Assembly (NCBI GenBank): GCA_027451365.1
Contig: DAIDJN010000003.1
Coordinates: 1-35,009, forward strand
From: Phycisphaerales bacterium
Lineage (GTDB): Bacteria; Planctomycetota; Phycisphaerae; WQYP01
Length of the DNA stretch: 35,009 nucleotides
Reading direction: 5' to 3'
Shown here: one piece after another, positions 21,191 to 29,898 of the stretch
How the letters are laid out: every line of letters starts with the position of its first letter
How positions within the stretch are numbered: the first letter of the stretch is position 1
Made by a program: the position numbers and the translations under genes
The notes under the pieces: generated by a model
The model's input: the letters and a program-made list of their open reading frames with translations, nothing else
Told to the model about the DNA's origin: nothing
The model's database searches: none

Positions 21191-23743
21191 TTAACCCCAA
21201 CGAATCAGTCGGGGTTCAAGCCGGAGTTCAATATCCGGGTGGTCCGGCAGCACGCGCAATGCGAATCCTTGTTGCCCGCAGGAAGCCGCGTTAATTGCCC
21301 CAACGTACTGGTAAACACCCTTTTCTAACGGAGATCCCATTGCCATTTCATGAGAACGCGATTCAATGATATCTCCGGACGGGTTAATCTGACCATAATA
21401 AATTTCAATTCGCACATTTTGCGGATTGATCGCACCAAGTTCCACAACCGCCGTCACTTTCATGCTTTCGCCGGCTTTCAGGGCCCCCTGCTGAGGCATA
21501 TCCACGCTACGCACGCGCACGAATGGCCATTGGTCCACCAGTTCCTTTTTCCAGGCGGCCAAGGCAATTCCGCGGGCGTTTTTATTTTCGGTAAGGCCTT
21601 CAAACATATCATGCGAAGGCAGATAAAAGCTCTGGCAATACTGCTGCACCATCCGGTTGGTGTTAAACGTCGGACATATTGTTTGAATGGAATTCTTCAT
21701 TTGGCGAATCCAGGTGCGCGGCAGGCCATCCAGACCGCGGTCGTAATAGGTGGGAATGACCGATTTTTCCAGCAGGTCAAAAAGCCGACGACTTTCCATT
21801 TCGTCCTGATATTCGTCGTTTGAATATTCTTCGCCGTTGCCAATGGCCCAGCCGTTTTCGCCGTTGTAGGCTTCGCACCACCAGCCATCAAGCACGCTTA
21901 AATTAAGCACACCGTTAATCGCGGCCTTCATGCCGCTGGTACCCGATGCTTCCATCGGCCGGCGCGGGGTATTGAGCCACACATCCACTCCCTGCGTCAT
22001 GTGCCGGGCAATGTTCATGTCGTAATCTTCAATAAAAACCATGCGCGTGCGGACATCTTCACGCTGGCAGAACCGGAAAATATCCTGAATATACCGCTTG
22101 CCGCCGTCGTCGCGGGGGTGGGCCTTTCCCGCAAAAATAAACTGCAGCGGGCAGTTGTGGTCCTTAAGCAGTTTCAGCAGCCGATCCGGGTTGCGCATCA
22201 GCAGCGTCGCCCGCTTATAAGTTGCAAAGCGCCGGGCAAAGCCGATGGTCAGCGCCTTGGGATCCAGAATTTCATCAATCCGCTGAATTTCCTGCGTCAT
22301 ATTTCCCTGCCGGGAAAGCATGTCCTTCATGCGGGTACGGGCGAAATCAATCAGGCGTTCCTTGCGGCGTTCATGGGTGCGCCACAATTCCGAATCCGGA
22401 ATGCGGTTGGTGCGAGCCCAGACCGAATGGTCTGCGGGACGGTCCGACCATTTCGCTCCAAGATATTCCTGGTATAACCGCGCAAACCCTTCGCTTAACC
22501 AAGACTGCGTGTGCACACCGTTGGTGATGGATGTAATTGGGATTTCCTGTGGCGGCACTTCGGGCCATATCCGCTGCCACATCCGCTGCGACACATGTCC
22601 GTGCAGTTCGCTCACACCATTACAGTGCCACGCCATGCGCAGTGCCAGCACTGTCATGCCAAACGATTCATGCGCATCTTCCATATTCACCCGACCAAGG
22701 GCGAGGAATTCCTCGCGGGTCAGCTTCAGCCGGTCATGGAAGTTGCTGAAATAATGCTCGATCATTTCACGCGGAAAAAAGTCATTTCCCGCCGGTACCG
22801 GCGTATGCGTCGTAAACACATTGCTGGACGCGACAATTTCCCTGGCCTGAGCAAAAGAAAGTTTTTCCTGATCCATCAACACCGCGGTCCGTTCCAGCGA
22901 AAGGAACGCCGAATGCCCTTCGTTCATGTGGCATACGGTCGGCTTGATTCCCAAAGCCTTAAGCGCGCGAATACCACCTATGCCCAGCAGTATTTCCTGC
23001 CGCACCCGCATATCCTGGTCACCGCCGTAAAGCCGTGCCGTGATGGCCCGGTCTTCCGCGCGGTTTTCCGGACGGTTGGTGTCCATCAGGAAAAGGCTTA
23101 CCCGGCCAACGCTGACCTTCCATATCCCCGCGTAAACCATTCCATGCGGGTATTCCACCTGAATCACGATCTGCTGGCCATCCGAGCCCAGGGCTGGCTT
23201 GATAGGCATGGCGAAAAAGTCATTTTCCGGGTTTTGCTCCTGTTGCCAGCCATCGCCATTCAGGTGCTGATGAAAATATCCTTCGCGGTAAAGCAGCCCG
23301 ATGGCGACCAGTGGAAGGCCCAGTTCGCTGGCGCTTTTCAAATGGTCTCCGGAAAGCACGCCCAGACCGCCTGAATAGATCGGCAGCGATTCGTGAAGTC
23401 CGTACTCTGCGGAAAAATAGGCAAACACCGCCTTGCTGTCCGGATAATTTATGCTGAACCATGTCGGCTGGCTGATATAAGCATGGAACAGATTGCTGAC
23501 GCGCGACAAATGCGATAAAAAGCCTTCATCTTCCGCAGCGGATTTTAATTTATCCTGCCCCACAAGGTTCAAAAGCCGTACCGGATTATGGTTGGTCTGT
23601 TCCCACAAATCCGGGTCCAGGCGGTTAAAAAGGTTGACGGCCTCATAATTCCATAATGACCAGACGTTGCCAGCCAATTCGTTAAGAGGTTCAAGTTTTT
23701 CCGGAATCGCAGGAACAACAACAAAGCGGTGAATGGTAGCCAT
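21191..23743 (-). CDS. glgP: Alpha-glucan (glycogen) phosphorylase
   Basis: YSGGLGVLSGDHLK, HMNEGH, FARRFATYKRA and EASGTSGMK (PLP lysine). Confidence 0.97.
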   Translation of the reverse strand: MATIHRFVVVPAIPEKLEPLNELAGNVWSLWNYEAVNLFNRLDPDLWEQTNHNPVRLLNLVGQDKLKSAAEDEGFLSHLSRVSNLFHAYISQPTWFSINYPDSKAVFAYFSAEYGLHESLPIYSGGLGVLSGDHLKSASELGLPLVAIGLLYREGYFHQHLNGDGWQQEQNPENDFFAMPIKPALGSDGQQIVIQVEYPHGMVYAGIWKVSVGRVSLFLMDTNRPENRAEDRAITARLYGGDQDMRVRQEILLGIGGIRALKALGIKPTVCHMNEGHSAFLSLERTAVLMDQEKLSFAQAREIVASSNVFTTHTPVPAGNDFFPREMIEHYFSNFHDRLKLTREEFLALGRVNMEDAHESFGMTVLALRMAWHCNGVSELHGHVSQRMWQRIWPEVPPQEIPITSITNGVHTQSWLSEGFARLYQEYLGAKWSDRPADHSVWARTNRIPDSELWRTHERRKERLIDFARTRMKDMLSRQGNMTQEIQRIDEILDPKALTIGFARRFATYKRATLLMRNPDRLLKLLKDHNCPLQFIFAGKAHPRDDGGKRYIQDIFRFCQREDVRTRMVFIEDYDMNIARHMTQGVDVWLNTPRRPMEASGTSGMKAAINGVLNLSVLDGWWCEAYNGENGWAIGNGEEYSNDEYQDEMESRRLFDLLEKSVIPTYYDRGLDGLPRTWIRQMKNSIQTICPTFNTNRMVQQYCQSFYLPSHDMFEGLTENKNARGIALAAWKKELVDQWPFVRVRSVDMPQQGALKAGESMKVTAVVELGAINPQNVRIEIYYGQINPSGDIIESRSHEMAMGSPLEKGVYQYVGAINAASCGQQGFALRVLPDHPDIELRLEPRLIRWG

Positions 23744-23785
23744 GAAAACTCCAATAAGACCCTCAACCAATCCTGATCCCCCGCC

Positions 23786-23839
23786 GATTGTACGGGCCAC
23801 CGGCGACCCGAATATTCCGCCGCCGACGGATTGTACGGG
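23786..23839 (-). repeat. Tandem 11-bp direct repeat upstream of glgP (CCCGTACAATC on the minus strand)
   Basis: GATTGTACGGG at 23786-23796 and 23829-23839 on the plus strand. Confidence 0.6.
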
Positions 23840-23953
23840 AAATTCTTCCTCGCGTCGCCCCCTACTTATCGGTCATTCGGAGAAAATCGTTGAATGCAAT
23901 CCGCAGGCCGCTCTGCGGCCCAGCCGGCCATGGGAAAACCGCCCGACAGTCTC

Positions 23954-24859
23954 TTAAACGTCGGGCCACTCACCGGTGAAAACTTCCGTTGCAGGCCCAG
24001 TCATGTATACGGCGTCATCCGCCTGACTCCACTTAAGCGCAAGCCTCCCGCCGGGAAGGTTGGTAAGGACAATTCGGTTGGATTTTTTGGTCAACACCCC
24101 GGCAACGGCCACCGCCGCGGCACCCGTGCCGCACGCCAGTGTGATACCACTGCCACGTTCCCAACTTCGCATGGAAACTTCGTCCGGGGTGTGCACCTGC
24201 ACAAAATGAGCGTTGACGCGCCGCGGAAAAAGCGGATTGCGTTCAATCATCGGGCCAATTATTTCCAGCGGAATTTTATCCACATGGCGGCAATACAAAA
24301 TCACATGCGGGTTGCCCATACTTACACAGGTCATGTGGTCTTCCAAACCCGCCGCCTTGATCCAGTCGGCACCGGCGGTCGATTTTTCAAGGCCCAGCAG
24401 ACCAAACGCCGGATGATTCACAATCCGTTCCTGCCCGGTAATCATGACCGGAATGCGCGCCGGTTCCAGAATGGGCTGGCCCATATTGACAGTGACCTGA
24501 TTCACTTTTCCGTGCTGCATCCACAGGTCCAGAGTCAGCACGCCACAACCGGTTTCGACGCGCATCGGATTGGCCCTGGCCAGTTGATAATCCCACGCAT
24601 ATTTGGCCACACAGCGCACGCCGTTGCCGCACATTTCAGCTTCGCTGCCATCTGCATTGAACATGCGCATGCGTACATGTGCACCCAGACTGCGAGCCTC
24701 TTTGGTGGGCGGACAAATCATAATTAGCCCGTCGCCGCCGACTCCGAAATGCCGGTCGGCAATCGTCACCGCAAGTTTCTCCGGGTCCTGAATATTCTGG
24801 TTTATGGCATCCACGTAAACGTAATCGTTTCCAATGCCGTGCATTTTTGTAAATTTCAT
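23954..24859 (-). CDS. dapF: Diaminopimelate epimerase
   Basis: FTKMHGIGND, NADGSEAEMCGNG, SMGNPH and WERGSGITLACGTGA. Confidence 0.97.
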   Translation of the reverse strand: MKFTKMHGIGNDYVYVDAINQNIQDPEKLAVTIADRHFGVGGDGLIMICPPTKEARSLGAHVRMRMFNADGSEAEMCGNGVRCVAKYAWDYQLARANPMRVETGCGVLTLDLWMQHGKVNQVTVNMGQPILEPARIPVMITGQERIVNHPAFGLLGLEKSTAGADWIKAAGLEDHMTCVSMGNPHVILYCRHVDKIPLEIIGPMIERNPLFPRRVNAHFVQVHTPDEVSMRSWERGSGITLACGTGAAAVAVAGVLTKKSNRIVLTNLPGGRLALKWSQADDAVYMTGPATEVFTGEWPDV

Positions 24860-24934
24860 GAAAGCTCCGATAACAACGCACCAACGGCGTACCGCCGTCA
24901 GGGGCGAGACACCGTTCCGGATGGAATTGTAACG

Positions 24935-25771
24935 TTAATCCGGTTTAAGGGCATTCACCGCGGGAACTTGGGCATCCCGCCAGATGACCGCCGAAAGCAG
25001 ATCGGTTCGGTCGCGTTGAACTATGACATCCGCCTGCGGACGCGTGGATTCCACCAGCCGCGCATTGGGCAGGTCAATCCGGCGGACCCAGTCCTTGGCC
25101 TGCTCCACTGTTTTACCGCCTGCCATATGCCGATTCATCAGATTGGTGACAATGCTGGGGCCTGGGGCTTCGACATAAACGCGAAGGTCAAACAGGTCCG
25201 CTATACCGCTGTACGGCGGCACGTTTACCAGCAGGTAATTTCCTTCGACCAGAATCAGATTATGCGATCCGGAAATGCGCAGGGCATGGGGCACCACATC
25301 GTGAAGTTTGCGGTCGTAATCCGGCCAGCTTAGCTTCTCATCGCAACGGCGGATGTGCCCAAGCAGGCCGCGGAGCGATTCAACATCAATTGTTTCCGGA
25401 GCGCCTTTGCATTCAATCATCGGAATGCGATCACCATTCCGCATTAAAAGCGTTTTCTGATTTAATACATGTCCCGGAAAATGAAAACCATCCATCGGCA
25501 GGGCAATCGCCTCGCTGCCGGGAATAAAACCCTTTGACGCCATCCATGCGATCTGGGCGGCGAAAAATGATTTGCCCGAACCCGGTGGCCCCACCACGGC
25601 CACCATCAGGCGTTGGGAATGTAATTTCTGAAGCTCCACAAGCTGGGTCAGGAACGGCCGCCAGCAGTCGTTCCATTCCGTAGCGCGAATGTGCATGACC
25701 GTTTCACGGCCGCCAAATTTCAGCGCGACATCCTTATTCAGAAACCAGGGGAATGGGTCAATTCCGTCCAT
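24935..25771 (-). CDS. P-loop kinase of the YggC/uridine/pantothenate kinase-like family
   Basis: GPPGSGKS Walker A, PMDGFH, KGAPET and ILVEGNYLL; GGAGG RBS before ATG 25771. Confidence 0.88.
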   Translation of the reverse strand: MDGIDPFPWFLNKDVALKFGGRETVMHIRATEWNDCWRPFLTQLVELQKLHSQRLMVAVVGPPGSGKSFFAAQIAWMASKGFIPGSEAIALPMDGFHFPGHVLNQKTLLMRNGDRIPMIECKGAPETIDVESLRGLLGHIRRCDEKLSWPDYDRKLHDVVPHALRISGSHNLILVEGNYLLVNVPPYSGIADLFDLRVYVEAPGPSIVTNLMNRHMAGGKTVEQAKDWVRRIDLPNARLVESTRPQADVIVQRDRTDLLSAVIWRDAQVPAVNALKPD

Positions 25772-25950
25772 GACGCACCCTCCACACCTTCCGAATTCTG
25801 CCAACGGAAAGGCCTAAAGATGACAGGTCTTTTTCTTTCCGGGGTGATCTGCTGTTAGCTTCGGACATACGCAAGTCTCTTTATATTTCAGCCGATTCCA
25901 CGGCATTCTTCAGACTGGGGCAAAAATGGTGCCGTTTCAGGTAAAAGCCG

Positions 25951-26562
25951 CTAATTTTTTACATTTTCTCCGTTTTTTCCTGTATTGGTGTTCAATTTCC
26001 TGGCCGACACAATTAAATGGCTCCGCGCTGGCCAGTCCGTTTTCGCAGATATTTGACCATTGTATATCGGCCGATAGTCCGCTGCGGCTGAAGTTTCCAT
26101 CACGAAAGGCGGACGTTCCAACATCATTATCGGACATACCGCCAGATTAATGTAAAACCACGGAATATCCGCCAGACCAATCAGCTCCTGACGGCTGGTC
26201 ACACAAAACGTGCTCGCATTGCCTGAAAATTTAGCATTATGGTCAAGGTCTTTCATGTAAACCGGATTGTGCCGTACTGCAGTATCAAGAAAGACCGCAT
26301 GAATCGGCTGCCATTGATGGGCGTTGTGAACCGTCACTGGTGGAAGCGTGCCCCAGTCGCGACCCACAACCATACCGGTTCCCGGCACGGTCAGTTCCGC
26401 CGCTGAATGATCCGGCTCGCCGCAATGGCAACTCGCACAACCCATGACGACAGCGCCCATAAACATCAGCCTGCAGGCCACCCGCGCTGCGGTTTTGCAC
26501 GGACCTGCCGCCATTGCGGTCAGGTGTGATTGATTCGCGGGGCTATGTGTGTCAATCCCCAT
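25951..26562 (-). CDS. Hypothetical protein, possibly exported or a lipoprotein
   Basis: 203-aa ORF with a hydrophobic stretch ending VVMGC (lipobox-like); no recognised family and start uncertain. Confidence 0.5.
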   Translation of the reverse strand: MGIDTHSPANQSHLTAMAAGPCKTAARVACRLMFMGAVVMGCASCHCGEPDHSAAELTVPGTGMVVGRDWGTLPPVTVHNAHQWQPIHAVFLDTAVRHNPVYMKDLDHNAKFSGNASTFCVTSRQELIGLADIPWFYINLAVCPIMMLERPPFVMETSAAADYRPIYNGQISAKTDWPARSHLIVSARKLNTNTGKNGENVKN

Positions 26563-27073
26563 GCGGCCTATCCTTTCAACCGGTTAGCGGAAACAAAATG
26601 ATTTTAGGTCCGCCGCACCAGATTGCAAACGATGCGGGAAAGACCAAGCTGATTCAAACAATTAAACCACAGAAGAACTTTCACGGGTTGCCATTTCAGG
26701 ACGGTTGCCGCCCCGGTCCTCCGGTTCTGGGCGGAATTGAGCAAGCCCAGCGAGATTCATTCTGATCATTTTATCCATCTATGACCCGGGCGCACCTGCA
26801 CGATTCATATTCAGCGCGGACACGCCGCCGTCGTCTGCGGAATTTAACAGGCAATTGGCAGTACGCAACCTTTGCGATATCGCCCCAGACATTCGTGCAT
26901 GACCACCTGGCCGTCGGCACGGGCAGGTAACTGGCCGTGCCAACGCAGTGGCCACCTGCCAAGGGAAACCCAGTGCCTGCAAGCACCGGGCCTTGCGGGC
27001 CATTTGACAAGGTAACGGGGCATGGCGTTAGGATTGCCCTATAGTTGAATTGTCAATTTCAGGGAGGCATATC

Positions 27074-27733
27074 ATGTCTAAATCCTTATTGCGATCCGCA
27101 AGCATCACACGCTATGTCAATGACACCGTCATATGCCAGACACCCGTGCAGTTGCGCTTGCGGCAGGAAACCGCACAAATGCCCGAAGCGGTCATGCAGA
27201 TCACCCCGGACCAGGGAGCTTTTCTCTCTTTTCTGGTGGGATTAATCGGCGCACGGAAAGCCATTGAAATTGGCACTTTCACCGGCTACAGCGCCCTGTG
27301 CATCGCCGGGGCAATGGGGCCAGCTGGCCGGCTCATCGCCTGTGATATCAGCGAGGAATGGACCACGATTGCCCGCAAGTATTGGAAAGAGGCGGCCCTG
27401 GCCGACCGAATTGACCTGCGACTGGCACCGGCTCTAAAGACACTTGACACGTTGCTGGCCAATGGCGGCGGCGGCACTTTTGATTTTGTATTTATTGATG
27501 CCGATAAGCCCGCTTATGAAAGCTATTACACGCATGTGCTCCCGTTATTGCGCCCGGGCGGATTAATCGTCATGGATAATTCCCTTGGGGACAGCGATCA
27601 TTTTGATCAAATGGACTATGACCCGGCAAAATGCCCCATGCACAGCCTGAATCTTAAGATTCGCGATGACCACCGCGTTGAAGCCATGATTGTGACAGTC
27701 GGTGCCGGAATGATGGTGGCCCGAAAACGCTGA
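27074..27733 (+). CDS. SAM-dependent O-methyltransferase (caffeoyl-CoA/catechol OMT family)
   Basis: IEIGTFTGYSAL, FDFVFIDADK and LRPGGLIVMDN; GGAGG RBS. Confidence 0.93.
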   Translation: MSKSLLRSASITRYVNDTVICQTPVQLRLRQETAQMPEAVMQITPDQGAFLSFLVGLIGARKAIEIGTFTGYSALCIAGAMGPAGRLIACDISEEWTTIARKYWKEAALADRIDLRLAPALKTLDTLLANGGGGTFDFVFIDADKPAYESYYTHVLPLLRPGGLIVMDNSLGDSDHFDQMDYDPAKCPMHSLNLKIRDDHRVEAMIVTVGAGMMVARKR

Positions 27734-27826
27734 TCCAATTTCTCCCTGCGCGGCTATAATATCGATTTCGCATTGCTGTGAAGGCAGTATCAGGTGTAAC
27801 ATGGATTCTCGCCGGAGCAACACCAT

Positions 27827-28453
27827 ATGAATCGCGATGAACGCACCAAACATTGGGATTCCGTTTACACACAGAAGATGGACACCCAAGTCGGTTGGTA
27901 CCAGGCCGATCCGGAAACTTCTTTTAGCCTGATAGAAAACGTTGCGCCCCATCGCGGTCGGGTGATTGACATCGGGGGAGGAACTTCACGGCTGCCGGAC
28001 AAACTTTTGGACCACAGCTACAAGGCCATTACGGTGCTGGACATTTCGGCGGCTGCGGTGGCCAAGGCCAAAGCCCGACTGGCCGAGCGTGCGGCACACA
28101 TTCAATGGAAGGTCGCGGATATAACAGAAGTTGCGAATTTAAATGAGTTTGGCCCGTTTGATGTCTGGCACGATCGCGCGGTATTTCATTTTCTAACGGA
28201 TGCGGCCGACCGTAAACATTACGTTGAACTTGCGACCAAATCATTGCCGAGTGGTGGGCACCTGATTATCGGCACTTTTGCCCTGGATGCACCGCCCCGC
28301 TGCAGCGGCCTGGACGTGTGCCGCTATGACGCGACAAGTCTGGCGGCGGAATTCGCCCCGGCGTTCCGCCCGGTTGATGAAACGTCGCACTTGCACATTA
28401 CCCCAGCCGGCAAGCCACAGCATTTTATTTTTTTAACGCTGGCTCGTGTGTGA
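27827..28453 (+). CDS. Class I SAM-dependent methyltransferase (TPMT-like group)
   Basis: HWDSVY, WYQ, VIDIGGGTSRL, WHDRAVFHFL and CSGL. Confidence 0.88.
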   Translation: MNRDERTKHWDSVYTQKMDTQVGWYQADPETSFSLIENVAPHRGRVIDIGGGTSRLPDKLLDHSYKAITVLDISAAAVAKAKARLAERAAHIQWKVADITEVANLNEFGPFDVWHDRAVFHFLTDAADRKHYVELATKSLPSGGHLIIGTFALDAPPRCSGLDVCRYDATSLAAEFAPAFRPVDETSHLHITPAGKPQHFIFLTLARV

Positions 28454-28741
28454 ATGTGACGTGACCTGGAAGGCAGGCACAGCCTTTGCCAAACCCGCTA
28501 TCAGACGGCCTTATTTCAGTCCAACATGGTTTTTGGTATTAATGTCCGGCATGGATAGTTCATCCGACATTCCAACTGGCATACGCAATGTGTAATACTC
28601 CCCAAAAACTGGGCGCGCTGCTAAAAACAGTTTTTCCCGGCTTTCTAAGTCAACTATTATGTCGGCAAAAAGCGTCGTGAGTTTAGTCGCAGTTCAAAGC
28701 CAAGGTGGCCACGAGCCTCTGGTTGGCGACGGCTGTTTATG

Positions 28742-28770
28742 TTGTCATGCGCAGCCTTGATGCATACGAT
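28742..28770 (+). promoter_or_regulatory. Putative sigma70 promoter for a leaderless merR transcript
   Basis: TTGTCA-17 bp-TACGAT ending 6 nt before ATG 28777; no Shine-Dalgarno sequence. Confidence 0.55.
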
Positions 28771-28776
28771 AATTCT

Positions 28777-29214
28777 ATGAATCCTGCTACTCGCTTCAAC
28801 ATCGGTCAATTGGCCAAGGCCGCTGGGGTACCCACCACCACTGTGCGCTTTTATGAACGCAGGAGGCTGATTTTGCCGACCGGCCGCACGATGAGCAATT
28901 ACCGCTGGTACGATCAACGCTCTCTGGAACGTTTGCGATTCATCAAATTAGCCCATGCCGGCGGATTCTTGCTGAACGATATCTGTGCCATGCTCGAACC
29001 CAACAATGGTTCGACGGCCGAATGCCGTCGGGTTGCCGCGCTTATTGAACATCGGCTGAAGAAGGTGGGGGCACAAATCACAGAATTGCGGCGTTTGCAA
29101 AAGGTGTTGGGGCGGGAATTGGCGCTTTGTCGTGCCAGCAAACCGCGGCAATGCGCCGTCGTAGAGGAAATGCGAGATGTGGCGAGGTCGGCTCGACGCA
29201 ATGGATCCTTGTGA
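28777..29214 (+). CDS. merR: MerR-family metal-responsive regulator
   Basis: HTH IGQLAKAAGV..TVRFYERRRLI and NYRWY; Cys in AECRR and CRASKPRQC at positions like the Hg-binding C82/C117/C126. Confidence 0.9.
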   Translation: MNPATRFNIGQLAKAAGVPTTTVRFYERRRLILPTGRTMSNYRWYDQRSLERLRFIKLAHAGGFLLNDICAMLEPNNGSTAECRRVAALIEHRLKKVGAQITELRRLQKVLGRELALCRASKPRQCAVVEEMRDVARSARRNGSL

Positions 29215-29433
29215 ACGCCCGCCGCGCGGCGCTCCACTCAGCCTCCCTATTCGCAGCAGCTAAAACAAATGGTTGTGTAACGGGAAGGAATCACAACAAA
29301 TCTATGTACGCTCGCAAGAATTGAACGCAATTGTGGTGCAGGCACCCGCAATCTAATTCAGCTTTCGTCGTTGCATTGCAGCCGATAACTCCGGCAAACG
29401 CATTCGCCTTAAAAAAAATAATTGCATGTCCAC

Positions 29434-29465
29434 TTGACCTTGCACCTAAGTGCAAGGTGTACAAT
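29434..29465 (+). promoter_or_regulatory. MerR-type promoter/operator
   Basis: TTGACC-20 bp-TACAAT containing the perfect dyad ACCTTGCAC-CTAA-GTGCAAGGT (29437-29458). Confidence 0.92.
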
Positions 29466-29553
29466 GACACAGTGATCCAAATTCCGGGCTTTCACGGCTT
29501 ATCCGGAATGAGGAGGTCTTTGTCCAAGCCGGGTTTTAATAATGAGGTGACCT

Positions 29554-29760
29554 ATGAAGGGAACACTATGATCGGTGGCCGCGGCGTTGCTGATAGCGGG
29601 TAGCGGATCGCCGGGGCTGGCGCAAGCTGGTTCGAGGATTCCGAAGCATTCAATCTCTGGTGCGCGGGGCGTCATGACTGCCAAGTGCCAAAAGCCCCAG
29701 TGCAATCCGCAGGCCCCGCGTCGCCATAAGCCCGGATGCAAATCCGGACGCTGCCAATAG
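29554..29760 (+). pseudogene. Small, probably secreted Cys-rich peptide gene with an in-frame TGA at codon 6
   Basis: GAGGTG RBS then ATG 29554: MKGTL*SVAAALLIAGSGSPGLAQA-GSRIP...KCQKPQCNPQAPRRHKPGCKSGRCQ*. First ORF after the MerR promoter. Confidence 0.6.
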
Positions 29761-29898
29761 CTGGCTTTCGCGGTGGAACCGCCGACCTCGGCTCACCGGA
29801 TGGCCGTGAAGGCGAGTGCATCACTACGCCCGCGCGGTTCCGGCAGGTTTGAATTGCTAATTCGAATACCGCTGATCATGCGGAAGAATGGAGTTTCT

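Noticed and set aside
28511..28582. 23-aa minus-strand ORF (MPVGMSDELSM...) upstream of merR
   Set aside because: The RBS-like GGAG is too far from the start and there is no other support.
29277..29305. GTAAC...TCTA as an ECF-type promoter
   Set aside because: Short motifs like this occur by chance and the consensus of this sigma is unknown.
29569..29571. TGA as a selenocysteine codon
   Set aside because: It lies in a signal-peptide-like region rather than a redox motif and I could not identify a SECIS. A Trp nonsense change or sequencing error is simpler.
29773..29898. 42-aa N-terminal extension of MerA given in the ORF track
   Set aside because: GTG start without an RBS and no HMA motif, whereas ATG 29899 has a GGAG RBS.
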